Below are positions 55,077 through 64,000 of a stretch of DNA of 64,000 bases, in pieces. Made by a program: the position numbers and the translations under genes. The notes below the pieces were generated by a model. The model saw nothing but the letters and a program-made list of their open reading frames with translations, had not been told where the DNA came from and searched no databases. The stretch is from positions 1 through 64,000 of the forward strand of contig JBGANV010000007.1 in NCBI GenBank assembly GCA_044222185.1, read 5' to 3'. The first letter of the stretch is position 1, and the number at the start of each line of letters is the position of its first letter. This stretch comes from Planctomycetota bacterium. GTDB taxonomy: Bacteria > Planctomycetota > GCA-002687715 > CAIWVZ01.

Positions 55077-58000
55077 TCAGGAGTCGTACTCGAGGATCGG
55101 GCTAAGCGCCGTGATCGCGAACGTTTGCGGGTCCTGCAGGAAGAAGATGGCGTCTGCGGTGAAACCCGGCGGCAACGTTCCCGCCGGGAGGTCCAACCGG
55201 GCCGACCCGCGCGAGTCCAGCACTCCGAAGATCCCGGGTATGGAGTTCAGGAGCTGGTAGTTGGCGAGCGCGTCAGCGCCGAGGCCGAGCACCGGCCCGT
55301 TGCCCTGGAGGTGCGGCGACGAGAACGCGAAGCTCCAGCGCGATCCTGCGTTGTCCCCGCCGGCGTTCACGATGCACGTGAACCCCGTGCCCGTACGACC
55401 CGAGTGCCACCGGACGTCCAGCGGCGGTGCGGCCGGCGGACCTCCGATCAGCGCCAGGTTGTCCGAGCCCATCGTTCGCACGCTCCGCCCCGAGAGGTCG
55501 CGGGCGTTGTTCGTGTCCGGGAACGTGGCCTGGCGCGCGAGAACGTGGGTTCCGGACGCCGTCCGCCGGCTGCCTCCCGCGAATTCCGCCCAATGCGCGG
55601 GGGCACGCGGGTGGTTGTGCACGACGTTGTCGTCGTGCCCCGTGGCGCGGACGAGGTCCACGAGTCGGCCGTAGCTGTCGTAGAGCGCGGCCTCGTATTC
55701 GGCGGTCGAGAACGGGAAGCCCGAGGGCGACGTCGTGAGGACGTTGATGTACGGGACCGCCGCAGGCTTCTCCGCGGGCGCCGTGGAGCCCTCGCCGAGC
55801 ACGCAGTAATCGCCGGCCGGGAGAAGCCCCAACGGCAGGCTCGAACCGAACGTTGGAGCGACGAGCGCGTGAGCCTGGTTCTGGAACCCGCTGCACAGCA
55901 GGTACCAGTTGCGCAGGTCGACCTGGAGGTAGCTCGCGTTTCGGAGCTCGACGAGGTCTGGAGAGTCGTCGATCTCGTTGAGGTAGACGAACGACCGCGG
56001 GAGCGGGTCGTAGCCGCGAACGCCGCTGTTGCCGTTCTCGAGGCCGAACGACCTGGGGCCGTGCGTCGTCCAATCGCCACCCGAGTTGCTGTCCAGCGCT
56101 CCGATGCGCTCCGCGTGAATGGAGCCGATGATGGGCCCGTCGGATTGGTTCGTGGCGCGGCCACGGAACTTGCCGCCGAGCGATCCCTGCCCGTACAGCC
56201 CGTCGCTTCCGGCGACGTGAACCTCATCGATGACGAGTCCGTTGCCGTTGACGAGACCCACGGCGAAGTCCCCGGTCGTCGTGGGGACGTTCGGGAGGAT
56301 CGACAGGACCTGCGTGCCGGCCGGCACCTCGCCGAGTGTCCCGACCAGCTCGCGGATCACGGCGATCTCACCGGGCTGCAGAGTGATGGTGAATGGCGGC
56401 GTTTCGTAGATCCCGCCGTCCTTCCAGCGAATGCGGGCGTCGACCAGCGTTTGCGCGGCAGGCCCGAAGTTCGTGATCTCGACGGCGTCCGGCGTCGCCG
56501 CCGTGACCTCCGAGATCAGGATGCGACCGACCGCTGGCGGAATCGGCGGGAAGCACAGATCCCAGTCGCCGTGGTTGGTGCAAGGCGTGTCGGCGTAGGG
56601 CTGGCCGATCACGTAATCGAGGCGCGCGTCACCGTTGATGTCGCCGAGGCAGGCGACGGACCAGCCGAAGCGCGAGCCCGTCTCCGAGGGTCCGAAGAAG
56701 CTGATGGGGAACTCCATGTGGAGGAGAGCCCCCGTTTCGCCGGAGCGGAACTCGACTTCGCCGGCGCCGGTCGGAGTTCCGGATGAAACGCCCTCTTCGC
56801 TGGAGGTGACGATGACGTCCGCCCGGCCGTCGTCGTCCATGTCGCCGGCGAAACCCACGAACCAGCCGAATCGCTTGCCCGCCGCCGAGCCGGCCCACGT
56901 GGTGACCGTGCCATAGGCGCCGAGAGTCTGGTTGCCGCGGTAGATCCGGACATAGCCGCTGTTCGTGCCATTGACGTCGCCGAACGGAGCGCCCGCGACC
57001 GTGTGTGCCGGTCCCGACTGCGACGTCGTCGACGGCAAGATGGCGACGGAGCGTCCCAGGTTGTCGCCCGCGGCATCGCCCTCCTTCGTGAACAGCAGGC
57101 CACCGGTCAACCCGCTGTAGGCCGAGATCCGACCGGTGGCCGATCCTGCCGCACCGTCGTAACCGGGCGTGCCCACCACGTAGTCGGGTCGGCCGTCGTC
57201 GTTGATGTCACGTCCGGCGGCGACCGCCGTGCCGAACAGGTCGACGACGTTCACGCCGTTGTGCGCGCGCATCAGTCCACCGTTCGTCGACCAGATCTCG
57301 ACGCGTCCGCGGTTGCCGTTGTATCCGGGGATACCGACGACGAAGTCCCGGTCTCCGTCGCCGTCCAGGTCACCGGCGTCCGCGACGGCCGAACCGAACT
57401 GGTCGTTGACGTTCGATCCGATGAGGTCCGTCAGCAGTGCGAACGACGGCATGGCCCGGATCTGGATCCGGCCCGCGCTCGTCGAGTAGCCCGGTGCTCC
57501 GATGATCAGCTCCATCTTCCCGTCGCCGTTGATGTCCTCCATGGCGGCGAGTGACGTGCCGAACTCGGAGTTGCCGGCTGTGAAATTGAGTGAGCTGATC
57601 AGCGCGCCGGTGGCCCCAGAATAGACCTCGACGCGTCCCGCCTGGTTCAGGTTGCCGTTGTCCGCGCCCGGGATTCCGATGGCGTAATCGGGCACTGCAT
57701 CGCCGTTGACGTCGCCGACGGCCGCCACGGCCCAGCCGGTCTTGCGCAGCGTCGATCCGCAGGGAGGCGGCGTGATCGTGAACGTGACCGAGCCGACCCC
57801 CGCGCCGCCCGCGCTCGCGTGATTGCGAACGGTGATCGAGTGCGTGCCCTGGCTGTTCAGCAGTGACTCCGGAATGCGGATCTCCCCGAGCGTTGACGAG
57901 AACAGCGTCGATTCGAGGACGGTGGTGTCCCACAGGAACTGGGTTCCTGAGACACCATCCGTCGTGTCGCCGCCGTTGTGAAAGCCGGTTCCCCCGACGG

Positions 58001-58859
58001 TGAGGGTGAGCGGACCGGACCCCGCGACGGCGATGCTCGGAGACACGCCCGTGATCGTCGGGTGACTCGCGCTGCCGAAGAGCGCGGCCAGCGTTTGTGC
58101 ATCACGCAGCGACAGCCACGAGCGATTGCCGATGCGATCCTGGAACGACTCGTAGCCGGGGCGGCAGACGATCGTCGGCTCGCCCTCCACCGTGGTGAAG
58201 GCGAACGCGCCGTAGTGCATGATCGAGAGGAAGTCGTAGGTCCCGTTCACGATGGCCGCGTTGACGATGCTGAAGTTGTTCGTGCACGAGTTGCCACCAC
58301 ATGCCGTCTGCGAGATGTACTGGGTGCGGATCTGCACGTAGGTGTTTCGATCCGCCCGAGACTGCTCGTGGATGAAGCCCAAGGCGTGCATGACCTCGTG
58401 GGCCATGACGAACGGCGCGTCCCAGTGGTTGTCGCCGATGTTGATGAACTGCTGTCCGCCCTGCATCCCGACGGATGAGTTCGAGACGTTCGTGTTGGCG
58501 GCGTTGCGCCGGACGGTGAAGTAGTTCGTGCTGGCGCCTTCGACGAAGTTCAGTCCCGACACGGCTTCGAGCTCGGCGAGTGCGAGCCGGAAGTCAGCTC
58601 GATGGGCGGTCGAGACCTGCGAATCGAACGTGTAGTGGACCGTCGAGCTCGGCCAGAAGTTGAAGACGAACGCGCCGTCTCCGTAGACGACCGATTCGGG
58701 CAGCGCCATGTCGTCGACGAGGACGAAGCCGGGCGGCGGCCATGGCTCCTGGGCTTCGGACTGTGCACGGCCAGGGTTGAACGCTGCGGCCATCAAGAAC
58801 AGGACGACGGCGAACCGGCGGGCGCCGATCGCGCCTGGAAGCGTGTTGGAATGATTCAT
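55077..58859 (-). CDS. Secreted astacin (M12A) metalloprotease with IPT, FG-GAP and lamin-tail-like domains and type-2 C-terminal domain
   Basis: HEVMHALGFIHEQSRADR and Met-turn YDFLSIMHY. PTITGVSP (IPT). FG..VA..GD.NGDG..D..VG.P repeats. ILISEV..DAVEITN and VYLNEI..DLVELRN (LTD-like). Tail GNGPVLGL..LPPGFTADA. Confidence 0.9.
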   Translation of the reverse strand: MNHSNTLPGAIGARRFAVVLFLMAAAFNPGRAQSEAQEPWPPPGFVLVDDMALPESVVYGDGAFVFNFWPSSTVHYTFDSQVSTAHRADFRLALAELEAVSGLNFVEGASTNYFTVRRNAANTNVSNSSVGMQGGQQFINIGDNHWDAPFVMAHEVMHALGFIHEQSRADRNTYVQIRTQYISQTACGGNSCTNNFSIVNAAIVNGTYDFLSIMHYGAFAFTTVEGEPTIVCRPGYESFQDRIGNRSWLSLRDAQTLAALFGSASHPTITGVSPSIAVAGSGPLTLTVGGTGFHNGGDTTDGVSGTQFLWDTTVLESTLFSSTLGEIRIPESLLNSQGTHSITVRNHASAGGAGVGSVTFTITPPPCGSTLRKTGWAVAAVGDVNGDAVPDYAIGIPGADNGNLNQAGRVEVYSGATGALISSLNFTAGNSEFGTSLAAMEDINGDGKMELIIGAPGYSTSAGRIQIRAMPSFALLTDLIGSNVNDQFGSAVADAGDLDGDGDRDFVVGIPGYNGNRGRVEIWSTNGGLMRAHNGVNVVDLFGTAVAAGRDINDDGRPDYVVGTPGYDGAAGSATGRISAYSGLTGGLLFTKEGDAAGDNLGRSVAILPSTTSQSGPAHTVAGAPFGDVNGTNSGYVRIYRGNQTLGAYGTVTTWAGSAAGKRFGWFVGFAGDMDDDGRADVIVTSSEEGVSSGTPTGAGEVEFRSGETGALLHMEFPISFFGPSETGSRFGWSVACLGDINGDARLDYVIGQPYADTPCTNHGDWDLCFPPIPPAVGRILISEVTAATPDAVEITNFGPAAQTLVDARIRWKDGGIYETPPFTITLQPGEIAVIRELVGTLGEVPAGTQVLSILPNVPTTTGDFAVGLVNGNGLVIDEVHVAGSDGLYGQGSLGGKFRGRATNQSDGPIIGSIHAERIGALDSNSGGDWTTHGPRSFGLENGNSGVRGYDPLPRSFVYLNEIDDSPDLVELRNASYLQVDLRNWYLLCSGFQNQAHALVAPTFGSSLPLGLLPAGDYCVLGEGSTAPAEKPAAVPYINVLTTSPSGFPFSTAEYEAALYDSYGRLVDLVRATGHDDNVVHNHPRAPAHWAEFAGGSRRTASGTHVLARQATFPDTNNARDLSGRSVRTMGSDNLALIGGPPAAPPLDVRWHSGRTGTGFTCIVNAGGDNAGSRWSFAFSSPHLQGNGPVLGLGADALANYQLLNSIPGIFGVLDSRGSARLDLPAGTLPPGFTADAIFFLQDPQTFAITALSPILEYDS

Positions 58860-59073
58860 GAAGGGTCTCTTTTGGCGTGGCTCGGGGCGAGCCTTGCCTC
58901 GGACACCCTTCCGGCGAGGTGGCGGTTTCGCAGGAATCCGTCTCAACGGACCGATCGGCCCTCGCGCGGGGGCCGCCGCTCAGGTCGAATTCCGGAGATT
59001 TCTCGGGTTTGCCCCGTTCGCGCCCACCGACCAGGGCCGCCGACGCGTTGTCGAGGCCACGGAGGGGAGTGCG

Positions 59074-60363
59074 TCAGTACGCCAGCCCGGCCATCGAGCA
59101 GAGTGAACTCATCGCCGAGTCGGCGTCAGGCCCCGTGTAGGTCGCACCGGTGATCTTCGCCACCGTCGCCTGGCCGATCGCCCGCACGTTCTCGTTCTTC
59201 TCGTTCGCGAGCGCCTTCGTGATGAGCGGGACCGCCTCCTGGACCTTGTGGGCTCCGAGCGCCCAATAGGCGACTCCGCGGATGGCCGTGTTCGAGTCCT
59301 TCGCCGACGCGATGAGGGCCTTCGAGAGCTCGTCATCCAGTTCGAGCCTGGCGCAGGCGCGGAGCGCGCTGAGCCTGTCCGTCTGCGCCGTGCTCTTGAT
59401 CATCCCGATGAGGACCTTGCGATGCGCCGCGGTCACGGGATCGCACGTGACGAGCGCCCGGATCAGCAGCGAGCGGACCTGGGCCTTGTTCTCCTTCTTG
59501 ATCGCGCCGAGGAGCGCCGGGGCGCTGTCGGGCATTCCCAGGCTTTCGAGTGCGCGCGCCACGGCGAGCTTCACCTGGAATGACCCGGATCCGAGGAGCT
59601 TGTGGAGGACCGGCAGCACTCGCCCGTTCCCGCGCTGGCCCATGGCTTCGACGGCCTCGATCCGGCGCGCGTCGTCGACGGTCTCGGCGGTTTGCTTGAT
59701 GAGGAAGTCCACGACGCGCGGATCATCCGATTTCGCCAGGGCCTTCAGGCCCTCTTGCCGCTTGTTGACGTTGTTGCTGTTGGCCTGCTTCAGCACCTCG
59801 TCGGTGACGGCGCGCATCTGCTTGACGACTTCGGTCTCCTTCGCCGGGTCTTGAAGTCCCAGCGCGATCCGGAGCTTCGACGCCAGTTCTGACACGGAGA
59901 GCGTGTACACGTGGTGGAGAAGGACCGTCTTGCCATCCGGCGCCAGGATCAGGAACTGCGGCGCAGCGACCCGCGCGGCATCGTCCATGAAGTCGGCGCG
60001 GATCTTGGCCTCGAGGCGCTGGTGGTGGGCACACGTGATGATGCCGAACTTCGAGCAGCACGTCGTCTCTGCGCCGTTCGCGTCCTTGCCGACGGTCTCC
60101 GCGTGCGAGCATCCGTTCGCGATCATGCAGACGAAGCTCTTCGACAGCGTGACGATCTCGGGATTGTGCAGGTGGCCCGTGGCGACCTCGTCGTTCGCGC
60201 TCTCGTTGTCCATGAGGAGGACGATCAGGACGGGCTTCTTGTCGGCCTGCGCCTGCTTCAGCGCCGCGTCATGCTCCGGCTGCCACGCGATCTGTGCATC
60301 CTGAGCGCGGGCCCCGATCAGCACGGCGAACGACAACAGGAACGCGCATCGCCAGCTCACCAT
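59074..60363 (-). CDS. Exported thioredoxin-like plus HEAT-repeat protein
   Basis: Signal peptide. IAWQ....ALKQA....KPVLI, PQFLILAPDG, followed by HEAT-like repeats (VKLAVARALESLG, IRGVAYWALG). Confidence 0.8.
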   Translation of the reverse strand: MVSWRCAFLLSFAVLIGARAQDAQIAWQPEHDAALKQAQADKKPVLIVLLMDNESANDEVATGHLHNPEIVTLSKSFVCMIANGCSHAETVGKDANGAETTCCSKFGIITCAHHQRLEAKIRADFMDDAARVAAPQFLILAPDGKTVLLHHVYTLSVSELASKLRIALGLQDPAKETEVVKQMRAVTDEVLKQANSNNVNKRQEGLKALAKSDDPRVVDFLIKQTAETVDDARRIEAVEAMGQRGNGRVLPVLHKLLGSGSFQVKLAVARALESLGMPDSAPALLGAIKKENKAQVRSLLIRALVTCDPVTAAHRKVLIGMIKSTAQTDRLSALRACARLELDDELSKALIASAKDSNTAIRGVAYWALGAHKVQEAVPLITKALANEKNENVRAIGQATVAKITGATYTGPDADSAMSSLCSMAGLAY

Positions 60364-60463
60364 GTCTCCACTCCCTTCGAGCGACCCGCGGCGGGTCCTG
60401 ACCGCCGCGGCGCCGCGGCTCCTCAGGTGGGGAACGTGCTGCACCGGCGATTCGCAACGAGGC

Positions 60464-60979
60464 TCATTTCTTTCTCGTGTACGTGATCGTCATCATCGGG
60501 AACTCGCGGCCGTCCGGGCCAGGGCCATACATCGTGAAGACGCGCGTGTTCGAGTCCCTGAACTCGGTCGTCATCTTCAGCGGGATCTTCTGGCCGGACT
60601 CCGCGTGTACCGTTTCACCCGTCATCGTGATGACGCGGCTCGCGGCATCGAAATTCCCCGATACCTGGGCCATGACGGGGGTCATGCCATCGGCCCAGAA
60701 CTGGACGTAGGCCTTCCTCGTCGGGTCGTAACCCGTGACGCCGTGACCGACGTAGGGAATGCCGTCCTTGGTCTGCATGTTCAGATCGGTCGTGAGCCAC
60801 AGCCCCCCGCAGCCGACGGAATTCACCTCCATCCCGCTCATTGGCGGCATGGGCGCGCCCGGCGGGAACGACGACTCGGCGCTCCAGCTACCGGCCCAGC
60901 GCTGGAGGTTCTCGTGCTGCGGAAGGGGTCCGACCGGCCCCTGATCGCATCCGCCTGCATTCTCGCTCGACTGCCCCAT
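60464..60979 (-). CDS. DUF1579-family protein
   Basis: P.PQHE.L...AGSW, GGLWL, GHGVTGYD...K.YV..W.D.M, M.ITYTR. GAGGAG SD. Confidence 0.8.
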   Translation of the reverse strand: MGQSSENAGGCDQGPVGPLPQHENLQRWAGSWSAESSFPPGAPMPPMSGMEVNSVGCGGLWLTTDLNMQTKDGIPYVGHGVTGYDPTRKAYVQFWADGMTPVMAQVSGNFDAASRVITMTGETVHAESGQKIPLKMTTEFRDSNTRVFTMYGPGPDGREFPMMTITYTRKK

Positions 60980-61092
60980 GGTTCGACTCCTCGATGTGTA
61001 AGGGAACGGGCGTGATATCCTCGGCCCCGCGCGCGCGGCGCACACTCGTGACGACCGGCGTGTCGTTCCGTTACACCCTCCCGGCGAATCCA

Positions 61093-61842
61093 TTGGTCGA
61101 CGACACCGGAATCGGCGGAAGCTCGGACTTCCCGCGGACGCGCCGTTCGGCCATCGTCGCCGCGGGAAGTTCCGACCCGATCGAACGCACCCGGGCGTTC
61201 GATGCCCTGATCAGCGCCTACTGGAAACCCTCCTTTCGGCACCTGCGGCTCAAATGGCGCAAGAATCACGAGGACGCCAAGGACCTGACACAGGCGTTCT
61301 TCGGGCGAGCCATGGAGAAGGGGTGGTTCGATTCGTTCGATCCATCGAAGGCCCGATTTCGCACCTTTCTGCGGACGTGCCTGGACGGCTTCGTGCAGAA
61401 CGAGGCGAAGGCGCAGGGACGGATCAAACGCGGTGGCGGCGAGCGCATCCTGTCGCTCGACTTCGAACGCGCCGAGGGCGAACTCGCGCACGTCGATCCG
61501 GCAGCTCCCGATTCGGTCGATCGGGAATTCGATGAAGCCTGGGTGCGTGGTCTGTTCGCCTCCGCCATCGATCAACTGCGGAACGAGCTTGCGGCGGCCG
61601 GCCGTGTCGTGAACTACCAGCTCCTCGTGCGATACGACCTGGAGCGTCGCGACGACCAGCGAATCACGTACGACGACCTCGCGCGCGAGCACGGGATCTC
61701 CGTGACCGACGTGACGAACCGCCTCGCGTTCGCGCGGCGCGAGCTGCGACGCGTCGTCCTGGATCGCCTCCGCGCGATCACGTCGACGGATCGGGAATTC
61801 CGGGAAGAGGCACGGCTCGTACTCGGGCTCGACCCGCCATGA
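61093..61842 (+). CDS. ECF sigma factor translationally coupled to a kinase (start uncertain)
   Basis: FPRTRRSAI, AYWKP, EDAKDLTQAFF, FDPSKARFRTFL, IKRGGG, FD..W...L, V.N.L..ARR. ATGA overlap with the kinase start. Confidence 0.9.
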   Translation: MVDDTGIGGSSDFPRTRRSAIVAAGSSDPIERTRAFDALISAYWKPSFRHLRLKWRKNHEDAKDLTQAFFGRAMEKGWFDSFDPSKARFRTFLRTCLDGFVQNEAKAQGRIKRGGGERILSLDFERAEGELAHVDPAAPDSVDREFDEAWVRGLFASAIDQLRNELAAAGRVVNYQLLVRYDLERRDDQRITYDDLAREHGISVTDVTNRLAFARRELRRVVLDRLRAITSTDREFREEARLVLGLDPP

Positions 61843-62807
61843 CGTCACTCGATCGCGACCAGATCCGCCGCCTCCAGAGCGCGGCAGACGAGCCGGACCT
61901 CACGGGCACGCGCTACGCCCTCGTCGAACGCGTGGGGCGAGGGGGGATGGGCACCGTCTACCGGGTTCGCGATCGAGAGCTGGATCGCGACGTCGCGCTG
62001 AAGGTGTTGAGTGATCCCGATCCCGATCGCGATCTGGCCCGGAGGATGTTCCGCGAGGCACGCCTGCTCGCGCGACTCGAACACCCGAACATCGTGCCTG
62101 TTCATGACGTCGGCGTCCTTCCCGACGGGCGGGTCTTCTACGTGATGAAGCTGGTGCAGGGCACGCGGCTGGACGCATGGGCGCAAGCGGGTGCATCCCA
62201 GCTCGACGTCGTGCGGTTGTTCCAGACGATCGCGGACGCCGTCGCGTTCGCGCACGCGCGCGGGGTCATCCACCGGGATCTGAAGCCCGCGAACATCATG
62301 GTCGGGGAATTCGGCGAGGCCCTCGTGATGGACTGGGGCGTGGCCCGCCTCGCAGCGTCGGGCCCGCGTCGTTCTGCGGCCGATCCCGACTCCGCGCCGC
62401 CAGCCGCCGACGGCCCACTCGAAGACACGGGGCACGGCACGATCGTGGGAACCGCCGGCTTCATGGCTCCCGAGCAGGCTCGCGGCGACGACGCGAACCT
62501 CGACGGGCGCGCCGACGTCTACGCGCTCGGTGCGACGCTTCGCGTGGTGTTGCGACCGCCCGTCCCCAAGCGCCTTGCGGCCATCGCGGCGCGGGCCGGT
62601 GCGACGGATCCGGGTGCGCGCTATGCGACGGCGTCCGAACTCGCGGCGGACCTCCGCGCGTTCGCCGATGGCCTTCCCGTGAGCGCGTGGCGCGACACGG
62701 CCATCGACCTGGTCTGGCGGTGGGTCGTCCGCAACCGGATTCTCCTATCTCTCATCGGGGCGTACGTTCTGATGCGCCTGGTCCTGCTCCTCGGATGGAA
62801 GCGGTGA
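61839..62807 (+). CDS. Short Ser/Thr protein kinase with C-terminal membrane anchor
   Basis: VGRGGMGTVY, VALK, HRDLKPAN, DWGVA, GTAGFMAPEQ. C-terminal TM with no extracellular domain. Confidence 0.92.
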   Translation: MTSLDRDQIRRLQSAADEPDLTGTRYALVERVGRGGMGTVYRVRDRELDRDVALKVLSDPDPDRDLARRMFREARLLARLEHPNIVPVHDVGVLPDGRVFYVMKLVQGTRLDAWAQAGASQLDVVRLFQTIADAVAFAHARGVIHRDLKPANIMVGEFGEALVMDWGVARLAASGPRRSAADPDSAPPAADGPLEDTGHGTIVGTAGFMAPEQARGDDANLDGRADVYALGATLRVVLRPPVPKRLAAIAARAGATDPGARYATASELAADLRAFADGLPVSAWRDTAIDLVWRWVVRNRILLSLIGAYVLMRLVLLLGWKR

Positions 62808-62838
62808 CGTGGGCTCGCTCGACCGCGAGGATCCGCAC

Positions 62839-63375
62839 ATGAGACGGGCCGTCATCGCTTTCACGTTCGCTGCGTTGGTGCTTGGCTCCTGCTCGGACGG
62901 CGAGTCGAACCCAGCGCCGGTGGCCGAGTCGGCCATCGATTTGAAGGTGCAGACGTTCGCCGAGCTGGAGGCGACGCTCCAATCCCTCCGCGGCAAGCCG
63001 GCGATCGTCAACATCTGGGCAACGTGGTGTCCGCCGTGTGTCGCAGAGCTGCCGGACCTGGTCGCCACGGCGCGAGAGTACCGCCCGAAGGGCATCGCGT
63101 TCGTCGGAATTTCGTACGACCTGCTGGGGCGGCAGAAGGAGCGTTCCGGCGTCACCGCGGCGGTGCGGCGGTTCATGGCATCGCGCGGGGTCGACATTCC
63201 CGTGGTCATCCTCGATGAGGACGACTCGGATGCCGTCACCCGCAAGTTCGGACTGTCAGAGTTCGTTCCGTACACGCTGGCGTTCGACTGGAATGGAGCC
63301 ATCGTCGACCGTCAGGAGGGCAGCACCAACCGCGAACGGTTCTCCGCCATGGCGGACCGCCTGCTCTCGCGCTGA
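62839..63375 (+). CDS. TlpA-family disulfide reductase lipoprotein
   Basis: Lipobox LGSC, NIWATWCPPCVAELP, VPYT. GAGGA SD. Confidence 0.9.
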   Translation: MRRAVIAFTFAALVLGSCSDGESNPAPVAESAIDLKVQTFAELEATLQSLRGKPAIVNIWATWCPPCVAELPDLVATAREYRPKGIAFVGISYDLLGRQKERSGVTAAVRRFMASRGVDIPVVILDEDDSDAVTRKFGLSEFVPYTLAFDWNGAIVDRQEGSTNRERFSAMADRLLSR

Positions 63376-63433
63376 CTGCCACGATCGTGTCGGGGATGGT
63401 GCCGTCCTCGGCGCCGCATAACATTCGCCGCTC

Positions 63434-64000
63434 ATGTTGCGGGGATTTCCATCGAGCGCGGTCGTGGCTCTCTCGGCTTGGGTCGCGCTCACGTCGTGCG
63501 GTTCCGTCCATACGGTCTACGCGCCGGAGGGGCCCTTCGAAGGGATCGAGAGCCGTCTCGACCGCGCGCGCGCCGCCGATGCGAAGCTCCGCCTCGTCGT
63601 CGTCCACGGGATGGGCAAGCACACCTGGGGGTTCTCCGATTACATGATGGAGTGCCTCCTCGAACGCCTGGGCTTCCCCCTCGCGAAGGGGATCACGGAG
63701 CAGCCGCACACGCTCGCCGGAACGACCGCGACGGAACGGATCATCCATCACTTCGATGCGGACGGCCGCGAGCGCCTGGTGATCCACGAACTCGCATGGG
63801 GACCGATCGTGGCCGGCGTGAAGGCCCAGCAACTCGACTTCGATCAGGAAGAGCCGTTCTGCAACTTTCGCGAGTGCCTGAACGCGAGGATCAAGACCGA
63901 GATGATCGCGGATCGCCTCGCGGACCCGGTCATCTACCTGGGCAACAGCGGGGGGGCCATTCGCGCGGCGACGCGGGCGGTTCTCCAAGGCGCGCTTGCG
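63434..64000 (+). CDS. Putative lipoprotein, possibly alpha/beta-hydrolase-like (runs off the window end)
   Basis: Not in the ORF track because it has no stop. Reads MLRGFPSSAVVALSAWVALTSCGS (lipobox LTSC), LVVVHGMG, ELAW, LADPVIYLG and stays open to 64000. Confidence 0.7.
   Translation, partial: MLRGFPSSAVVALSAWVALTSCGSVHTVYAPEGPFEGIESRLDRARAADAKLRLVVVHGMGKHTWGFSDYMMECLLERLGFPLAKGITEQPHTLAGTTATERIIHHFDADGRERLVIHELAWGPIVAGVKAQQLDFDQEEPFCNFRECLNARIKTEMIADRLADPVIYLGNSGGAIRAATRAVLQGALA

Overview
A very GC-rich (roughly 70% by eye) bacterial chromosomal segment, most likely from a Planctomycetota lineage. That assignment is an inference from the density of ECF sigma factors next to TPR-bearing Ser/Thr kinases, a BlaI/BlaR1 pair, a secretin-like gene, HEAT and TPM proteins, and many large Cys-rich secreted proteins. 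I found no rRNA, tRNA, CRISPR array or transposase. Highlights: (1) a single ~2770-aa ORF (24509-32830) appears to fuse the whole acyl-CoA oxidation electron-transfer chain: FixC/ETF-QO flavin domain, FixX-like Fe-S domain, a degenerate acyl-CoA dehydrogenase, an intact acyl-CoA dehydrogenase, EtfB and EtfA. (2) At least seven signal-peptide proteins with unrelated passenger domains end in a shared ~110-130-aa C-terminal domain (two subtypes), which suggests an uncharacterised sorting or anchoring signal. (3) Two families of palindromic intergenic repeats bracket blocks of these secreted genes, and one accompanies a recent gene duplication. (4) A BlaR1-parvulin fusion has a clearly readable promoter and two palindromic operators. 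(5) A GT-C membrane gene is frameshifted by an exact 14-bp tandem duplication. All domain calls come from motif recognition by eye; no database searches were run.
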